Sequence record: SRR31156797_2235
Reading direction: 5' to 3' (one strand)
DNA length: 51,399 bases
Shown: in pieces, positions 1 through 8,459 of the stretch
How the letters are laid out: each line of letters opens with the position of its first letter
Numbering within the stretch: the first letter of the stretch is position 1
Made by a program: the position numbers and the translations under genes
The notes under the pieces: model-generated
Told to the model about the DNA's origin: nothing
Seen by the model: only the letters and a program-made list of their open reading frames with translations
Database searches by the model: none

Positions 1-27
1 AAAAAAAGGAAGCCGAAGCTTCCTTTT
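1..27 (-). terminator. Rho-independent terminator of the minus-strand gene 49..519
   Basis: Minus strand reads AAAAGGAAGC-TTCG-GCTTCC-TTTTTTT: C(UUCG)G tetraloop hairpin plus U tract. Confidence 0.85.
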
Positions 28-48
28 ATACAAACATCATATTATAGT

Positions 49-519
49 CTATTTAAATTCTTCATCAAAAGCATTTTTCTTCATATCCTTTTTCCCCCCT
101 CTCAAATTCTTCCTGGCTTTTTCAAGCTTCATTTCTTTACGAATTTCTTCAACAACTTCTTTTGGAATACGAACTGAAACCCAATATTCTACTCCATAAT
201 CTTTAAATTTATATACATCTAAGCTTCTTAATCTGGCATTATTAATCATCATATCGGGATCATCATGCGAACCACTTACAGTTACACCGGAAATATTCTC
301 AGCTAAATGCTTAATCGCTTTTTTCCGTGCTTCTTCAACATAATCATTCATATATCTTTCACCAGTTTGCTTATAATGAGATCTTGGAGCCTTTTTCTTA
401 AAACTCATCCCAACTCCATAATAAAAATACTTATCTGAAGTTTTATTAGCCCAAGGCGGAGTTTTAGCCGTACCCACGATTGTAAACAATACAAAAATTC
501 CTATCAAAATCTTTCTCAT
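49..519 (-). CDS. Exported hypothetical protein, LPP20-like
   Basis: Signal peptide, then PPWA...YYGVG...EARKKAIKHLAENI, resembling the LPP20 family; no lipobox Cys. Confidence 0.5.
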   Translation of the reverse strand: MRKILIGIFVLFTIVGTAKTPPWANKTSDKYFYYGVGMSFKKKAPRSHYKQTGERYMNDYVEEARKKAIKHLAENISGVTVSGSHDDPDMMINNARLRSLDVYKFKDYGVEYWVSVRIPKEVVEEIRKEMKLEKARKNLRGGKKDMKKNAFDEEFK

Positions 520-604
520 GACATTTAAATTTTATTGTACTAAAATAACCTAAAATAAAGAACAATTCAAATATTTAGTACCTGATTTACAAAAATTTAA
601 CAAA

Positions 605-1150
605 TTAAGCAATTGAAATTTCGCCACTTTCATACCTTTTATAATTGAAAGCTAGCTCCTTTAGAAAAGTACTAACAGTTTTTACAGCCAGTTCTGTTTC
701 TTTGGTTATTTTATGCTTTTTCATTTTCAATAAGATAAAATTATATAACATTTGAAAAGCTAATTCGATTTCATTAGAGAAACTCAATTTAACTTTAGAG
801 TGATATTCCATCAGAATTGGCTTTACGGTTTCAAATTGACTTTTATAGTTTTGATATTCAGCATTATTCAGTAACCATAAATGCAATTCATTAACTTCAT
901 TTATAATATTTTGAAGTGATTGCAAATTACCAATCTCCTCTTTACCTTCTTTCCTCATTTGCTCAACAAGGCCCAAATACCACCCTTCAATCTCTTCAAT
1001 GCTAAACGGTGAATCTTTATACCCAGGCAAAAGATTCGCCTTAATATTCCCTGTATTTAACCCTAAAGCTCTGATGGTATCTTGAACTTGAAACATATAC
1101 AAAACATATTCAACAATATTCTCTTTTCTTTTCTTTTTTGCTATATGCAT
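605..1150 (-). CDS. DUF4924 family protein
   Basis: N-terminus MHIAKKKRKENIVEYVLYMFQVQDTIRA is typical of this Bacteroidota family. Confidence 0.8.
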   Translation of the reverse strand: MHIAKKKRKENIVEYVLYMFQVQDTIRALGLNTGNIKANLLPGYKDSPFSIEEIEGWYLGLVEQMRKEGKEEIGNLQSLQNIINEVNELHLWLLNNAEYQNYKSQFETVKPILMEYHSKVKLSFSNEIELAFQMLYNFILLKMKKHKITKETELAVKTVSTFLKELAFNYKRYESGEISIA

Positions 1151-1162
1151 TTCTTAATAATT

Positions 1163-1193
1163 AAAGAAGGGCTACCTCTATGAGGCAGCCCTT
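1163..1193 (-). terminator. Probable terminator after the TPR lipoprotein gene
   Basis: Minus strand AAGGGCTGCCTC-ATA-GAGGTAGCCCTT then CTTT; 12-bp stem with one G-U pair. Confidence 0.65.
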
Positions 1194-1215
1194 GTATATT
1201 GTAATTAATTATTAA

Positions 1216-2973
1216 TTACTCTACGATAGATTTAAATGTAGCATCTTCTTTGAAGCGAATAAACTCAACATCAGTTTTAGCCGTTTCTTTAAGATCAGCA
1301 TTCTTTTCTATAGCTGTTCTTAAATTGTTCATTAACATATCAGTATCTTGTTTACGTGCTCCGATAACTGACTTAAGGTAATACCACATTGGGTTTTCTT
1401 TATCCTCAACTTTTTCAAGAATTCCTAAAGCAGCATCATAAGCTTGTACATTTTTAGTTAGACTAAACTGTAATAGTTTAGTTAAAGCAAAGTTTACAGT
1501 TTGGAATTTGCTACTAGCATACATATCAATAGCTTTTTCGTAATCACCTTTTTTAGTAGCGATCATTGCCTGATTGTAACTTGCTTCATTTCCACCTGCA
1601 GTTGCAGCATTTAAATATTCAACAGCTTTATCAATATCTCCTTGAGCTAAAGCTACAGCTCCCAAGTTATTTAGAACTTTACTATTGCTTGATTCTATAT
1701 CTTTAGCTGCATTAAAGCTAGTCATTGCTTCAGCATAATTTCCTTGTTGGAAATTAACAACACCTAAGTTGTTATGTCCTCTCCAATCATCACTGAATTG
1801 TTGAGTTGTTGTTGTATAAATCTTCTTAAGTGTTTCTTTATCATCCGTTAAAGTACCTGCATATAATAGTTCCTCAACGTCTAAAGTATCTGGTTTTTCA
1901 AGTGCATATTTAGATATCTCTTCATCAGAGAAACCAGTAATAGCTACCTTTACTTTAAATTCTGAACGACGTAACTGTGGAAGTACATCATCTTTCAATT
2001 GATTGAAAGCAGCTGAGATGTTTTTAATCTCTTTTTCACGTACTTTTGGATCATTGTACATTGAAAGAACTCTTAAAATAAGGTCTTTGTCTTGCACATC
2101 TGATTTTTGAAGCTCGCTTTTAAATCCTTCCCAGTCTTCAGCAACTGAACGAGAATTGTAAACGCTCTCTTCATTTTCAATCTCTAATTTTGCTTTTTTA
2201 GATTGCTTACCGATATACTTTTCAGTAATTTTTTTACGATTTTCTGAAAGCTTAGTGTTAAGCTCAACAGTTCCGTCTGGAGAAGCATAAGCATCAATTG
2301 TAATGTTTTCAACTGCCATATTTTCTTTCTCAGCAACTTCAACAATATAATCGTTTAATGCTTTAATTTCTTCTTTCTTAAGCTCTCTTCCGCGAATATT
2401 GTAGCGGTTGATTAAGAATTGGATTTTAGCTTCTTTAGTTTCGTAAGTTACTCTTTCAAAGTTATCTGCAGCTTTAATAACTTTACCATCAGTAAAGTCT
2501 AATAAAGTAGCTGTAGACATTACTCCAGGAGCAACTTCGCGTTCTAATACAGCCAGATTTTCATCTTTAATTGTTGCATTACCACGAACAACAAGCGTTG
2601 CTTCACGCATTGCAGGATCGTACGCGATTTTGTCAACTATTTCAAATGATCCTCCGCTTTCAAAAGGAATTACTTTATTGTTAGCTTCAACGTCTTCTCC
2701 TTGCATGGTAAGTGACTTGAATGCAACTTCCTGACCTCCATATTGAAGGACTGGTGTTACCTCAAGTGTAACTTTTTTCTGGAAAAATTTTGCAGGAAAT
2801 GAGCCTGAAAGTTTAATTTCAATACTATCTCCGTGCATTTCAACAGGACTAGTTGATACACTTAAAGTTACCTGATCAGCCATTTTCTGCATTTTCTCAA
2901 GATCTTTACATCCTGTGAAAAACAAGAAGGCCGTTACTAACATGATTGCTAAATACTTGAAACTTGTTTTCAT
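1216..2973 (-). CDS. Lipoprotein with OmpA-like domain and C-terminal TPR repeats
   Basis: Lipobox FFTGC; OmpA-like AYASPDG...NTKLSENR; TPR repeats (DWRGHNNLGVV, VLNNLGAVAL). Confidence 0.8.
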   Translation of the reverse strand: MKTSFKYLAIMLVTAFLFFTGCKDLEKMQKMADQVTLSVSTSPVEMHGDSIEIKLSGSFPAKFFQKKVTLEVTPVLQYGGQEVAFKSLTMQGEDVEANNKVIPFESGGSFEIVDKIAYDPAMREATLVVRGNATIKDENLAVLEREVAPGVMSTATLLDFTDGKVIKAADNFERVTYETKEAKIQFLINRYNIRGRELKKEEIKALNDYIVEVAEKENMAVENITIDAYASPDGTVELNTKLSENRKKITEKYIGKQSKKAKLEIENEESVYNSRSVAEDWEGFKSELQKSDVQDKDLILRVLSMYNDPKVREKEIKNISAAFNQLKDDVLPQLRRSEFKVKVAITGFSDEEISKYALEKPDTLDVEELLYAGTLTDDKETLKKIYTTTTQQFSDDWRGHNNLGVVNFQQGNYAEAMTSFNAAKDIESSNSKVLNNLGAVALAQGDIDKAVEYLNAATAGGNEASYNQAMIATKKGDYEKAIDMYASSKFQTVNFALTKLLQFSLTKNVQAYDAALGILEKVEDKENPMWYYLKSVIGARKQDTDMLMNNLRTAIEKNADLKETAKTDVEFIRFKEDATFKSIVE

Positions 2974-3017
2974 AGTTCTACAATAATTTTATGGATATTA
3001 TCTTTTACTTCCTATTA

Positions 3018-3033
3018 CAAAGTTACAAAGCTA
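3018..3033 (-). promoter_or_regulatory. Tandem Bacteroidota -7 promoter elements
   Basis: Plus strand CAAAGTTA-CAAAGCTA equals two adjacent TAnnTTTG on the minus strand, 45-60 nt upstream of the start at 2973. Confidence 0.6.
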
Positions 3034-3116
3034 TAAATGTTTTTTGGAAAAAAAAAGCATCACTTACAATTTGTAACGTTTATTTAATGCCGAAAATCAA
3101 TAATTTAGTTGAAATT

Positions 3117-3692
3117 CTATGTTCGTTTAGAGAATTCAGACCTTATGTCCTTAAAAAAAACATCAAACAACTTTCTTAATTTCAACTGATTAGCATCGAA
3201 ACTCTTTTGAAAACCCTTAACATTTTGAGGCATTGAGGTATAATATGACATACCTGTTAAAACCCGCAATAAACCTTTTTTAGTACTATATAATTCCGGC
3301 CAACGATGTTTAACCCAAAAAGGCATCATAATTTGAATTCGATAAGGCAGGATTTCAAAATAAGATAACAAAACAAAATTTACAAAATCTACAAAGTTTG
3401 GTAATGATCTCGGATGATATTTTGCCCAACTTGAAGCTAAAAAATGATCGAATAAAATATCAACTACAACTCCTGAATATTTCCCATATGATTTTGCAAA
3501 ATATGATTTAGCCTCTCGAATAATTGAATGATTATCTGTATAAGTATCTATTTGTCTGTGCAATAAAACACCTTCTCTAATTTTTCCAGGAAACTGCTTA
3601 TATAAGTTACCTTTCACAGCATCTCCGATAAAATTACCTACCATCAAATGATGATCATTTCCTGATAAATATAAATGTGCTAGATAATTCAT
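3117..3692 (-). CDS. acpH: Acyl carrier protein phosphodiesterase
   Basis: MNYLAHLYLS, GNFIGDAVKG, LHRQIDTYTDNH and DILFDHFLA motifs. Confidence 0.9.
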   Translation of the reverse strand: MNYLAHLYLSGNDHHLMVGNFIGDAVKGNLYKQFPGKIREGVLLHRQIDTYTDNHSIIREAKSYFAKSYGKYSGVVVDILFDHFLASSWAKYHPRSLPNFVDFVNFVLLSYFEILPYRIQIMMPFWVKHRWPELYSTKKGLLRVLTGMSYYTSMPQNVKGFQKSFDANQLKLRKLFDVFFKDIRSEFSKRT

Positions 3693-3745
3693 TAAACAAT
3701 TTCTGAGTTAGTTGGACAAAGATTAGGAATTTTTGTTTAAACCCG

Positions 3746-3753
3746 TATATTTG
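3746..3753 (+). promoter_or_regulatory. Bacteroidota -7 promoter element for the gene at 3805
   Basis: TATATTTG about 50 nt upstream of the ATG. Confidence 0.6.
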
Positions 3754-3804
3754 TTCATTCAATTTATTACCAATTATTAACTTTAAAAATGGAGGACTAA
3801 AATT

Positions 3805-5145
3805 ATGACAAAACGTAATGTCATTATTATTGGTGCTGCAGGTCGTGATTTTCACAACTTCAACACTTATTACAGAGGTAACGATTTATTCAATGTAGTA
3901 GCATTCACAGCTGCTCAAATTCCTGACATTGATGGACGTAAATACCCTGCTGAATTAGCTGGAGAATTGTATCCAGAAGGGATTCCTATTTACGCTGAAG
4001 AGGACCTCGAAAAATTAATCAAAGATTTAGATGTTGATGAATGTGTATTCTCATATAGTGATGTGCCTTATGAGCACGTAATGAAGGTAGCTTCTAAAGT
4101 TAACGCTGCAGGTGCAACTTTCTCATTAATTGGTGGAAAAGACACAATGATTAAAAGTACCAAACCTGTAATTGCTGTTGGAGCAGTTCGTACAGGTTGT
4201 GGGAAATCTCAAACATCTCGCCGGGTTATTGAATTATTGATGGAAGCAGGACTAAAAGTGGTTGCTATTCGTCACCCAATGCCTTATGGCGATCTAGTAA
4301 AACAAAAAGTTCAGCGTTTCGCAACAATTGAAGATTTAGCCAAGCATGATTGTACCATTGAGGAGATGGAAGAATACGAACCACATGTAACTCGCGGTAA
4401 CGTGATTTATGCTGGAGTTGATTATGAAGCTATCGTAAGAGCAGCTGAAAATGATCCTGATGGATGTGACGTAATACTTTGGGATGGTGGTAACAATGAC
4501 TTCCCATTCTATCAGTCTGATTTAATGATCACTGTGGTAGATCCTCATCGTCCAGGTCACGAATTAAAATATTACCCAGGTGAAACAACTCTTCGCATTG
4601 CTGATATTGTAGTGATCAACAAAATGGATAGTGCCGATGCAGATAATATTCAAATTGTACGTGAAAATATCGCAAAAGTAGCTCCTAATGCAATGGTTGT
4701 TGATGGTGCTTCACCATTAACTATCGATAAGCCAGAAATCATTCGCGGGAAGAAAGTATTGGTTGTAGAAGATGGACCAACCTTAACTCACGGTGAAATG
4801 AAAATTGGTGCCGGTACAGTAGCAGCTCAAAAAGCAGGTGCTGCTGAAATGGTTGACCCACGTGAATATGCAGTAGGTAAATTAAAAGAAACTTTCAAAA
4901 TTTACCCTGGTATTGGTGATTTACTTCCAGCTATGGGTTACGGTGATGAACAAAAGAAAGATCTGGAAAAAACAATTAATAACACTCCTTGTGACGCTGT
5001 TGTAATTGGTACTCCAATCGATCTAAGCCGCATTGTTAAAATTGACAAGCCTACTGTAAAAGTTGGATATGACCTTCAAGAGATTGGACAACCTACATTA
5101 GCTGAGCCAATTAACGACTTTATCAAGAAACACAACTTGAAATAA
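3805..5145 (+). CDS. arcE: Arginine synthetase ArcE-like P-loop NTPase (often annotated as cyclic 2,3-diphosphoglycerate synthase or GTPase)
   Basis: GAAGRDFHNFN, Walker A AVRTGCGKS, RHPMPYG, WDGGNND, VEDGPTLTHG and LPAMGY; matches my recollection of the Thermococcales ArcE/cDPGS-like family over the full length. Confidence 0.75.
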   Translation: MTKRNVIIIGAAGRDFHNFNTYYRGNDLFNVVAFTAAQIPDIDGRKYPAELAGELYPEGIPIYAEEDLEKLIKDLDVDECVFSYSDVPYEHVMKVASKVNAAGATFSLIGGKDTMIKSTKPVIAVGAVRTGCGKSQTSRRVIELLMEAGLKVVAIRHPMPYGDLVKQKVQRFATIEDLAKHDCTIEEMEEYEPHVTRGNVIYAGVDYEAIVRAAENDPDGCDVILWDGGNNDFPFYQSDLMITVVDPHRPGHELKYYPGETTLRIADIVVINKMDSADADNIQIVRENIAKVAPNAMVVDGASPLTIDKPEIIRGKKVLVVEDGPTLTHGEMKIGAGTVAAQKAGAAEMVDPREYAVGKLKETFKIYPGIGDLLPAMGYGDEQKKDLEKTINNTPCDAVVIGTPIDLSRIVKIDKPTVKVGYDLQEIGQPTLAEPINDFIKKHNLK

Positions 5146-5176
5146 ACATTTTGTGACTAGCGACTAGTCATAAGTT

Positions 5177-5212
5177 AAAGGCTTGCCAATCATGGCAAGC
5201 CTTTTATTTTTT
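5177..5212. terminator. Bidirectional terminator between convergent arcE and pgi
   Basis: AAAGGCTTGCCA-ATCA-TGGCAAGCCTTT, perfect 12-bp stem followed by TATTTTTT. Confidence 0.9.
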
Positions 5213-5224
5213 CACAAACTGATG

Positions 5225-6562
5225 TTAAAACCCTAAGGATTTCCTCAAAGCATTTAACTCTTCATTTTCTTTCTCAAAACCCGGTTTATTCAATAAAGCA
5301 AACATGTTTCTTTTATAATCTTCAACTCCCGGCTGATTAAAGGGATTAACCTGTAGCATTAATCCGCTTATTCCGCATCCTGCCATGAAAAACTGCAATA
5401 AACCTCCAATATTTTCAATATTATCGTTTTCAATCGTAAGTCTAATATTTGGAACTCCTCCTGTACGGTGCGCCAGCATAGTACCTTCGAGAGCATTAGA
5501 ATTTACAAAAGTTAAATCTTTGCCAGATAAATAATTTAATTTATCAAGATTATCTTTATCTGCTTCAATTGATTCTGCTTTTAGTTGAGTATTGGCAAAT
5601 TGAATAACTGTTTCAAAAATATTTCTTTTACCGTCTTGTAAATATTGCCCCATTGAGTGCAAATCTGTAGTTAAATCGACACTAGCTGGAAATATACCTT
5701 TGCCATCTTTTCCTTCGCTCTCTCCATAAAGTTGTTTCCACCATTCTGAGATATAATGAAACTTATGATGATAGTTGGCCAAAACTTCAATTCCGTACCC
5801 ATTTTGATTTAAAGCATTCCTAAGTGCAGCATATTCTAATGCAAGGTTTTGATCATTTTCCGTCCAAACATTTTGCTCCATTTCAACTGCACCTTTGATA
5901 AGTGCCATTATATCAAAACCAGCAACTGCAATAGGCAATAATCCAACTGGAGTAAAAACCGAAAAACGGCCACCCACATTATCTGGTATTACAAAAGATG
6001 GCAAATTCTCTGAATCCACAAGCTGACGCAAGGCTCCCTTTTTCTCATCAGTTATTGCAACAACTCTCTCTTTGAGACTTTCTTCACCATATTGTTTTGT
6101 CAATTTGTTTCTCAAATATCTAAAAGCAATTGCTGGTTCTGTTGTTGTACCAGATTTTGAAATTACAATAATGCTCCATTTTTTTCCATCTAAATAATTT
6201 GACAATTCACTCAAATAACCAGGAGAAAGATGATGGCCAGCATATACAACCTCTGTCCCATTATGATCAAAAGAATTCAATTGACTTTCAATAACAGCAC
6301 GAGCACCCAAATAAGACCCTCCAATTCCGATGACAACAACTACCTCACTATTTGCACGGAGATTATTTGCGACTTCTTCTATTTTTCCTAAGTCTTCATT
6401 TGATATATTCGAGGGCAAGTTCATCCACCCTAAAAAATCATTTCCTTCACAAGTATTATTTTTTAATGATTGTATAACATCACTTCCCATTTCAAGAAAT
6501 CGATTATAATGATTATCAATCATCAATCCTTTCACTAATGATTTATCTATTGAAAGTTGCAT
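5225..6562 (-). CDS. pgi: Glucose-6-phosphate isomerase
   Basis: GIGGSYLG, SKSGTTTEP, VGGRFSV, QLYGESEGK, DLHSMGQ and FNQPGVEDYK motifs. Confidence 0.97.
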   Translation of the reverse strand: MQLSIDKSLVKGLMIDNHYNRFLEMGSDVIQSLKNNTCEGNDFLGWMNLPSNISNEDLGKIEEVANNLRANSEVVVVIGIGGSYLGARAVIESQLNSFDHNGTEVVYAGHHLSPGYLSELSNYLDGKKWSIIVISKSGTTTEPAIAFRYLRNKLTKQYGEESLKERVVAITDEKKGALRQLVDSENLPSFVIPDNVGGRFSVFTPVGLLPIAVAGFDIMALIKGAVEMEQNVWTENDQNLALEYAALRNALNQNGYGIEVLANYHHKFHYISEWWKQLYGESEGKDGKGIFPASVDLTTDLHSMGQYLQDGKRNIFETVIQFANTQLKAESIEADKDNLDKLNYLSGKDLTFVNSNALEGTMLAHRTGGVPNIRLTIENDNIENIGGLLQFFMAGCGISGLMLQVNPFNQPGVEDYKRNMFALLNKPGFEKENEELNALRKSLGF

Positions 6563-6771
6563 ATTGATATGTTTAGTTATTTAATTTTCAGTTACTTATT
6601 AATAATTTTCAGGACTAATAAAGTTAGTGAATTCATATTAACCCAACAAAACTTTGCGAAAATACATTAATTTTTACCGCTTTGTTTTAACTTATCCTAA
6701 AATCTATCAAATGAAATGAGCAATCGTTTGCACTCATCCTGAAATAATTAATAGACTTTTAACAATTTTTA

Positions 6772-6779
6772 TATCTTTG
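6772..6779 (+). promoter_or_regulatory. Bacteroidota -7 promoter element for queE
   Basis: TATCTTTG immediately upstream of the ORF. Confidence 0.65.
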
Positions 6780-6789
6780 CGGGCTCAAA

Positions 6790-7446
6790 TTGTTGATTGT
6801 GAAAGGAGAATTGTATACACGCGTAGATAAGAGTATTACTCAACATGGTTTAAAACTCCCACTGGTTGAGGAGTTTTATAGTATCCAGGGAGAAGGATTT
6901 CATAGTGGCAAAGCTGCCTACTTTATTAGAGTTGGAGGGTGCGATATTGCTTGTCATTGGTGTGACTCAAAATTAAGTTGGAATGCCAATATACATCCTT
7001 TAGTAAGCATAGAAGAAATTGTTGATAAAGTATTAGGAACTCCAGCACAATCAGTTGTAGTAACCGGTGGTGAACCTGCTATTTATAATCTTGAACCTTT
7101 GAGTAACTTACTTCGAAAAAACAAGATAAGTAATTATCTCGAGACCAGTGGAGCTTATGAAATAAAAGGCTCATGGGATTGGATTTGTGTAAGTCCCAAA
7201 AAGAATAAAGTACCGCTAACTGAAAACCTTAAATTAGCCAATGAATTAAAAGTGGTTATTTTTGATGAATCTGATTTTGAATTTGCTGAAAAATGGAAAT
7301 CTGAAGTTACTGATTCGTGCAAACTACTTTTACAACCTGAATACTCTCAGTTTGCTAAAATGGCTCCTAAAATGGTTGATTATATAAAAAACAACCCGGA
7401 TTGGAATATATCACTACAATCTCATAAATATCTTAATATTCCTTAG
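6790..7446 (+). CDS. queE: 7-carboxy-7-deazaguanine synthase (radical SAM); true start uncertain (6790, 6799 or 6811)
   Basis: FYSIQGEG, CDIACHWCDS (CxxxCxxC), VTGGEP, ETSG, SPK and SLQSHK motifs. Confidence 0.93.
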   Translation: MLIVKGELYTRVDKSITQHGLKLPLVEEFYSIQGEGFHSGKAAYFIRVGGCDIACHWCDSKLSWNANIHPLVSIEEIVDKVLGTPAQSVVVTGGEPAIYNLEPLSNLLRKNKISNYLETSGAYEIKGSWDWICVSPKKNKVPLTENLKLANELKVVIFDESDFEFAEKWKSEVTDSCKLLLQPEYSQFAKMAPKMVDYIKNNPDWNISLQSHKYLNIP

Positions 7447-8358
7447 TTATAGGAAGAAAAAAGCCACACCTCCAACTGCCACAAATGCTCCAAGAATTTC
7501 TCTTAAAGAAACCTTTTCTTTAAAAATAAAAACAGAAGGTAAAATAATTATAACAGGTGTTAATGACATTAGTGTTTGAGCAATTCCCGCAGAAGTAAAT
7601 TTAACAGCTACTAAAGATAATGTTACACCTAAAAAAGGTCCGAAAAAAGCACCACCTGAAGTGAATAGCATTCCTTTTCCATTCTTTAGTGCCGCAAATA
7701 CTTTATGCCACCTTCTCATAAAAAAGAATACTATCATAAATCCAACAGCACCTGTCATAACCCTTATATGAGTAGAAGCAACGACATCATAATCGGCCAT
7801 TCCTTTTTTACTCAAAACCAAACCAATAGCCTGCCCAGTTGCTCCTCCAAATGCTAATAATAAACCTATGGGATTATTGAACCAATCTTTTAATTTGGCT
7901 TTTTTACCATTGTCATCTTTTGCAGGCTTATTCAACACTACCATCATGATTCCGGTGAGTGTGATTACCATCCCCAAGATAGCACTATTCTCCATTGTCT
8001 CTCCAAGAATCATCCAACCTGCTATAGCGGCTACTGGAGGTGAAAGCGCCATTATTAACATAGAGATTCTTGCGCCAACAACTACAAAAGCCTGAAACAA
8101 TAATAAATCACCAATAGTAAAACCAACCAATCCGGATAAAGCCAACCATATCCAATTATGCATACTTGCATCTATTGGAAGAAAAAGACCTCGATTAATC
8201 CATGTAACAGTACCGAGTAATACAAAAGCCATAATTAACCTTATCAAATTAACCGATAGTGAACCAATCTTTTTTCCTGCTGCTTCAAAAAACATAGATG
8301 TTGCAGTCCAGCAAATTGCTGTTCCAACACCTGCTATTTCACCATAATATTGTTCCAT
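7447..8358 (-). CDS. DMT/EamA family transporter
   Basis: About 10 hydrophobic segments in two repeats; LSGLVGFTIGD and IFKEKVSLREILG. Confidence 0.9.
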   Translation of the reverse strand: MEQYYGEIAGVGTAICWTATSMFFEAAGKKIGSLSVNLIRLIMAFVLLGTVTWINRGLFLPIDASMHNWIWLALSGLVGFTIGDLLLFQAFVVVGARISMLIMALSPPVAAIAGWMILGETMENSAILGMVITLTGIMMVVLNKPAKDDNGKKAKLKDWFNNPIGLLLAFGGATGQAIGLVLSKKGMADYDVVASTHIRVMTGAVGFMIVFFFMRRWHKVFAALKNGKGMLFTSGGAFFGPFLGVTLSLVAVKFTSAGIAQTLMSLTPVIIILPSVFIFKEKVSLREILGAFVAVGGVAFFFL

Positions 8359-8459
8359 TATAAATCTTGGGTAGAATGAGGCTGCAAGATGGTAAAAAAA
8401 TCTAAAAAATGCATAGATAACATCTTCCTAAAGTATCATTATTTGATTATCTTCGTTAT

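Noticed and set aside
3048-3056. Poly-A tracts (also 48772-48780) as phase-variation sites
   Set aside because: Runs of 9 A are expected in AT-rich intergenic DNA
2991-3855. Short ORFs 2991..3179 (+) and 3655..3855 (-)
   Set aside because: They overlap real genes and promoter regions and show no recognisable motifs
6563-6810. preQ1 riboswitch upstream of queE
   Set aside because: The promoter element sits right before the ORF, leaving no room, and no preQ1 motif was seen
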